Positions 59,652 to 64,000 of a stretch of 64,000 nucleotides of DNA are shown one piece after another. The DNA is from an uncultured Aquirufa sp. (GTDB lineage: Bacteria > Bacteroidota > Bacteroidia > Cytophagales > Spirosomataceae). The notes beneath the pieces were generated by a model. That model was not told where the DNA came from, ran no database searches, and worked only from the letters and a program-made list of their open reading frames with translations. The stretch's first letter is position 1. Each line of letters starts with the position of its first letter. The DNA lies in assembly GCA_964618445.1 (NCBI GenBank), contig CAZUAZ010000001.1, positions 3,577 to 67,576 on the forward strand, read 5' to 3'. The translations under genes were made by a program, and so were the position numbers.

Positions 59652-61460
59652 ATGCAAAGCATTCGTAACATTGCCATTATTGCCCACGTTGACCACGGTA
59701 AAACGACTCTTGTGGACAAAATTATTCATGCCTCTAAAATCTTCCGTGAAAACCAAGAATTTGGAGATTTGATCCTAGATAATAACGACTTAGAGCGTGA
59801 ACGCGGTATTACGATTACGTCAAAAAACGTATCCGTTCGTTACAATGGCGTAAAAATTAACATCATTGACACACCTGGTCACGCCGACTTTGGCGGTGAG
59901 GTAGAGCGCGTGCTACGTATGGCAGATGGCGTTATTTTATTGGTGGATGCTTTCGAAGGCCCAATGCCTCAAACACGTTTTGTATTGTCAAAAGCAATCG
60001 CATTAGGTTTAAAGCCAATCGTGATTGTCAATAAAGTAGATAAAGAAAATTGCCGCCCAGACGAAGTACACGAAAGTGTATTTGATTTGATGTTTAACTT
60101 AGACGCAACGGAAGATCAGTTAGACTTCCCATGTATCTACGGTTCATCGAAGCAAGGATGGATGAGTACAGATTGGAAAAAGCCTACAGATAATATTATT
60201 CCACTATTGGATGCGATTATCGAGCACATACCAGCCTCCAAAGTTCAAGAAGGTACGCCTCAAATGCAGATTACGTCATTAGATTACTCATCTTTCGTAG
60301 GTCGTATCGCGATCGGTCGTTTAGAGCGTGGAACCTTGACAGAAGGGATGCAAATTTCACTTTGCAAATCAGATGGATCGACTAAGAAAATGCGTATCAA
60401 AGAACTTCAAGTATTTGAAGGTCTTGGAAAAGTCAAAGTAGATAAAGTTGAATGTGGTGAGATTTGTGCAATTACAGGTATTGAAGATTTCGAAATTGGT
60501 GACACAGTTGCTGATGCAGAGAATCCAGAGGCTTTAGCACGTATCGCGATCGACGAGCCTACCATGAACATGTTGTTCACGATCAATAACTCTCCATTCT
60601 TTGGTAAAGAAGGAAAATTAGTAACATCTCGTCACATCCGTGATCGACTGTTCAAAGAGACTGAGAAAAACCTAGCCTTGAAAGTTGTTACGACAGAAAG
60701 CGAAGATAAGTTCTTGGTATTTGGACGTGGTATTCTTCACTTGTCGGTGTTAATCGAGACTATGCGTCGCGAAGGATATGAATTACAAGTAGGTCAGCCT
60801 CAAGTTATCTTCAAAGAAGGTCCAAACGGCGAGCGCTTAGAGCCCATTGAATCATTGGTTGTAGATGTGCCTGCAGAAGTTGCTGGTAAGGTAATCGAAT
60901 TAGCTACGCAAGGAAAAGGTGAATTGTTGATCATGGAACCTAAAGGTGACTTACAACACTTAGAATTCAACATTCCATCTCGTGGTTTGATTGGATTACG
61001 ATCTAAAGTGTTAACCGCGACTTTTGGAGAGGCGATCATGGCACACCGTTTTATTCAATACGAAGAATTTAAAGGGCCGATTCCAGGCCGTATTAACGGT
61101 TCATTGATCTCGATGAATACAGGTCCTGCGATTCCATATGCAATTGATAAATTACAAGATAGAGGGGTGTTTTTCATCGATCCAGGTGAAGAGGTATACA
61201 CAGGAATGGTTGTAGGCGAGCACAATCGTCAAAATGATATTGAGGTCAACTTGCAAGCATCGAAGCAGTTAACTAACATGCGTGCTTCAGGTACGGATTC
61301 AAATACCAAAATTGCACCGAAATTAAACTTCTCATTAGAAGAGTGTATGGAATTTATTCAAAAAGATGAATACTTAGAAATTACACCAAAATCTTTACGT
61401 ATGCGTAAAATTTGGCTAGATCCAAATGAGCGTAAGCGTAACGAGAAGAAACCTAGCTAA
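59652..61460 (+). CDS. typA: Translational GTPase TypA/BipA
   Basis: AHVDHGKTT, ERERGITI, DTPGHADFGGEVER, GRG.LHL and LTNMRASG motifs. Confidence 0.97.
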   Translation: MQSIRNIAIIAHVDHGKTTLVDKIIHASKIFRENQEFGDLILDNNDLERERGITITSKNVSVRYNGVKINIIDTPGHADFGGEVERVLRMADGVILLVDAFEGPMPQTRFVLSKAIALGLKPIVIVNKVDKENCRPDEVHESVFDLMFNLDATEDQLDFPCIYGSSKQGWMSTDWKKPTDNIIPLLDAIIEHIPASKVQEGTPQMQITSLDYSSFVGRIAIGRLERGTLTEGMQISLCKSDGSTKKMRIKELQVFEGLGKVKVDKVECGEICAITGIEDFEIGDTVADAENPEALARIAIDEPTMNMLFTINNSPFFGKEGKLVTSRHIRDRLFKETEKNLALKVVTTESEDKFLVFGRGILHLSVLIETMRREGYELQVGQPQVIFKEGPNGERLEPIESLVVDVPAEVAGKVIELATQGKGELLIMEPKGDLQHLEFNIPSRGLIGLRSKVLTATFGEAIMAHRFIQYEEFKGPIPGRINGSLISMNTGPAIPYAIDKLQDRGVFFIDPGEEVYTGMVVGEHNRQNDIEVNLQASKQLTNMRASGTDSNTKIAPKLNFSLEECMEFIQKDEYLEITPKSLRMRKIWLDPNERKRNEKKPS

Positions 61461-63427
61461 TATATTTCAGGCTGCCTTCGGGCAGCCTTTTTTTTGATAT
61501 AAACAGCAGGACTCTCCCCTAAAAACGTTATCCCTTTACTACGGAAACCACGCAACTGACCTAGCCGATAAGCGCTAGGCCGGCGCACAAAATACCAATG
61601 AGCTTGTGGCCAAAATTGAAGCCATCGCAAATCGCGAGATGATTTAGAGGGTTCAATAATCAAGTCGGTGATTCCCGCCATCCTGGGCTTGCATGGTTCA
61701 TGGGCTACATAAAATGTATGCTCGCCAAAACTCCAAGCCTGCGGGAGCTTACGTGAAATTGTATCTTGCACATGTCTTTGTGCGAGCAGGGGAATGACAT
61801 TTGATTGTACCCAAGCTGGTGACATACCTCCATAAAGAGCAGCATGAGTTCCAGCTATTTGAATGGCGACTGCCTGCGCCTGATGAACCGTGACAAACAT
61901 TCCATCCGCAGGTGCCCAAAACCATCTGGGTAAACTGATGGCTAACCATAAAATGGATAAACTGTACAATAAACTAACCATTCGAATTCTCCACCATAAC
62001 CCAACCAAAATAATCGATAAATAATAAGCCCCAAGGACGATAAAATCAAGTTGAAGCAACGGAATTACCGGGTGAAAATAATCAGCAACAAAAAACAGGA
62101 GACCATGAAAACAAGTAAAGCAAAGTTCCAATAAGTCCCCCAACCAAGAAATTTCTAGTGGGCTTAACGCCAAAAAAATAAAGCCTACCCCAAGCGTACT
62201 ACTTGAGATCAGAATCAAGAGCGGGTTTAACAGAAAGAAATGAACTGGATTCGGATATTGATGGAAATAAAAAATAATTAAAGGCCACGTAAGTGCCTGA
62301 GCTGCAATGGCCACACACGTGACCTCCCAAAGCTGATTGCAAATCCAAAATCTACTATTGACCATTTTTTTTAGACCTCCTTGAAATAAAATCAAACCCA
62401 AAACAGCCATGTAAGACAATTGAAATCCTGCCTGAAATAAATACTGCGGATCCCAAACCAATAGGACTAAACAAGAAAATGCGAGCGTATTCACCGGATG
62501 ATGGTGTAAGCGAAATGACCTAGCCCCCAAAACAATCGAAAACATCCAAGCCGAACGTAACACGGGACCTGAAAAACCAGTCATACCTGCATATGCCCAT
62601 AAAAAAAGCATAATCATGAAAAAATGCACCCAAGGCCACCGACGTAAAAACCCGAAAATAAAGGCTATTCCCACATACAAAAACCCCACATGCAAGCCCG
62701 AAACAGATAAGATATGAATCGCACCTAACGAAGCATAACGCTGCATCGTTTCGAAATCTATCGAAGACGAAACTCCTAAAAACATTGCCTCCGCAACATC
62801 TCGATGGACACCCACAGGCAGGGCACTCCGCAGGGCCAACTGGAAATATTCCCGGCCTTGATTCAACCAATCCCATGTTAGCACAGAACCTCCTAATGGC
62901 ACCCAATATTCCTTTTTGGCAAATATTTGACCGCCTACCCCCCTTTGCGTATAATACGCTGGCCAGTCCATACCGCCTGGGAAAAGTGGCCTGGCGATAG
63001 GGTTTAAATATCCTGAAATTAAATATCGTGCACCCGCTTTAGGTACAGGGGCCGTCTTTTCAACATAAACCATCCAATATCCTGATCCTGTAATCCAGGC
63101 CCCCTGATCGCGCAAGGCAATCGCCTTGCCCATGACAGACCAAGTATTTGCCTTTTCGACTGGCTGTCCGTCAACTTGTATCACACACGCACGGGTAGAT
63201 AAGTCATAAGCTAATGCACTTGGAATCTGCACCTGCCCAAATCGAAAAACACTGAGCGTAATGAATGCAAGCGCAAGTAAAAACTCCGATTGGATTAGAC
63301 AAATGCAAAGACCACATGTAACCAAGGGAGCCCAAGCCCATAAGGGACAATAGCAAGCCATCAACGTCCCCGCAATCCAATAGATGAGTAAACGAACGTA
63401 GGGAAACTGGCTGAAAAATGAATACAA
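61457..63427 (-). CDS. comEC: ComEC/Rec2 family competence protein
   Basis: HILSVSGLHVG, VLRSA and GFQLSY motifs, with many TM segments. Confidence 0.88.
   Translation of the reverse strand: MYSFFSQFPYVRLLIYWIAGTLMACYCPLWAWAPLVTCGLCICLIQSEFLLALAFITLSVFRFGQVQIPSALAYDLSTRACVIQVDGQPVEKANTWSVMGKAIALRDQGAWITGSGYWMVYVEKTAPVPKAGARYLISGYLNPIARPLFPGGMDWPAYYTQRGVGGQIFAKKEYWVPLGGSVLTWDWLNQGREYFQLALRSALPVGVHRDVAEAMFLGVSSSIDFETMQRYASLGAIHILSVSGLHVGFLYVGIAFIFGFLRRWPWVHFFMIMLFLWAYAGMTGFSGPVLRSAWMFSIVLGARSFRLHHHPVNTLAFSCLVLLVWDPQYLFQAGFQLSYMAVLGLILFQGGLKKMVNSRFWICNQLWEVTCVAIAAQALTWPLIIFYFHQYPNPVHFFLLNPLLILISSSTLGVGFIFLALSPLEISWLGDLLELCFTCFHGLLFFVADYFHPVIPLLQLDFIVLGAYYLSIILVGLWWRIRMVSLLYSLSILWLAISLPRWFWAPADGMFVTVHQAQAVAIQIAGTHAALYGGMSPAWVQSNVIPLLAQRHVQDTISRKLPQAWSFGEHTFYVAHEPCKPRMAGITDLIIEPSKSSRDLRWLQFWPQAHWYFVRRPSAYRLGQLRGFRSKGITFLGESPAVYIKKKAARRQPEIY
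61469..61495 (+). terminator. Intrinsic terminator after typA
   Basis: AGGCTGCC-TTCG-GGCAGCCT followed by a T-run (cUUCGg loop). Confidence 0.88.
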
Positions 63428-63445
63428 GACCTTAGGCGAAAAGGC

Positions 63446-64000
63446 CTAAAGGTAGAATTTTTTGATAGCGATATATTCCTCGACTTGTTCAGGAACTAGA
63501 TATTTTATGGATTGCCCTTGTTGAATGCACGCACGAATGTACGTTGCTGAAATCTGCAAAACCGGCGCCTCGATCCGCGTTACCTGTTTATGCTGCCATA
63601 AATCACTCTTGGGCTCCTCCCCTCTAGGGTATACGAAAAGCCCATAATAATCAAGTATTTGGTGGTAGTTTTTCCAACTCGTAAACTGCTCTAAGTTATC
63701 TCCGCCAATAATTATTGAGAATGTGTGAGTGGGATGCCGTGCCGACAAATGCGTTAGCGTATCAATTGTGTAAGAAGGTTTGCTTAAATGAAACTCAATA
63801 TCACAACTCTTAAATTTGAAATTATCCTCAATCGCCCGCTCTACCATATCAAGTCGGTCAAACTCATGCAACAAGGATTTACTTTTTTTATGGGGATTTT
63901 GAGGGGATACCACAAACCAAATTTGGTCTAGATCCGTCTGATTTAACACCGCTTGGGCAACCATTAAGTGGCCATGATGTATGGGGTTAAATGAACCGAA
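63446..64000 (-). CDS. nadD: Nicotinate-nucleotide adenylyltransferase (5' end outside the window)
   Basis: The frame reads FGSFNPIHHGH from the window edge, with SYTIDTL, IIGGDN and ISATYIR motifs. Confidence 0.93.
   Translation of the reverse strand, partial: FGSFNPIHHGHLMVAQAVLNQTDLDQIWFVVSPQNPHKKSKSLLHEFDRLDMVERAIEDNFKFKSCDIEFHLSKPSYTIDTLTHLSARHPTHTFSIIIGGDNLEQFTSWKNYHQILDYYGLFVYPRGEEPKSDLWQHKQVTRIEAPVLQISATYIRACIQQGQSIKYLVPEQVEEYIAIKKFYL

Overview
AT-rich, very densely packed core chromosome of a Bacteroidota bacterium, most likely a free-living Cytophagales and possibly Aquirufa-like. This assignment is an inference from TAnnTTTG/TTTG promoters, porU-porV, a T9SS cargo protein, split atpD-atpC and the MEP pathway. 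Most of the window is housekeeping: recQ (partial), lon, rseP, dxr, a polyprenyl synthase, nuoD, rpmG, ftsY, glnS, der, era, tRNA-fMet, atpDC, rpsJ, rpmH-rnpA, tsaB, ispH, xth, nuoKLMN, porU-porV, cysS, dxs, typA, comEC and nadD (partial). I found no CRISPR array, rRNA, integrase or transposase. Three small genes missing from the ORF track were read directly (DUF4295, rpmH and a 57-aa lipoprotein), and several start codons were corrected. The most unusual structure is a ~358-bp module behind tRNA-fMet. An 80-aa GIY-YIG nuclease lies between the tRNA and a degenerate copy of its 3' two-thirds plus terminator. In that copy, the 3' side of the anticodon arm is replaced by a perfect 16-bp palindrome, and the copy also supplies the nuclease stop codon. 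The second most unusual is an unannotated RecB/Cas4-like PD-(D/E)XK nuclease ending in a textbook beta-clamp-binding motif (QLSLF), clustered with xth, yjjG and a DnaQ-like exonuclease. Other points of note are a stand-alone rpsJ, a tiny lipoprotein with five O-glycosylation sequons, a back-to-back promoter pair predicting a leaderless mRNA, and a sigma54-like lon promoter.
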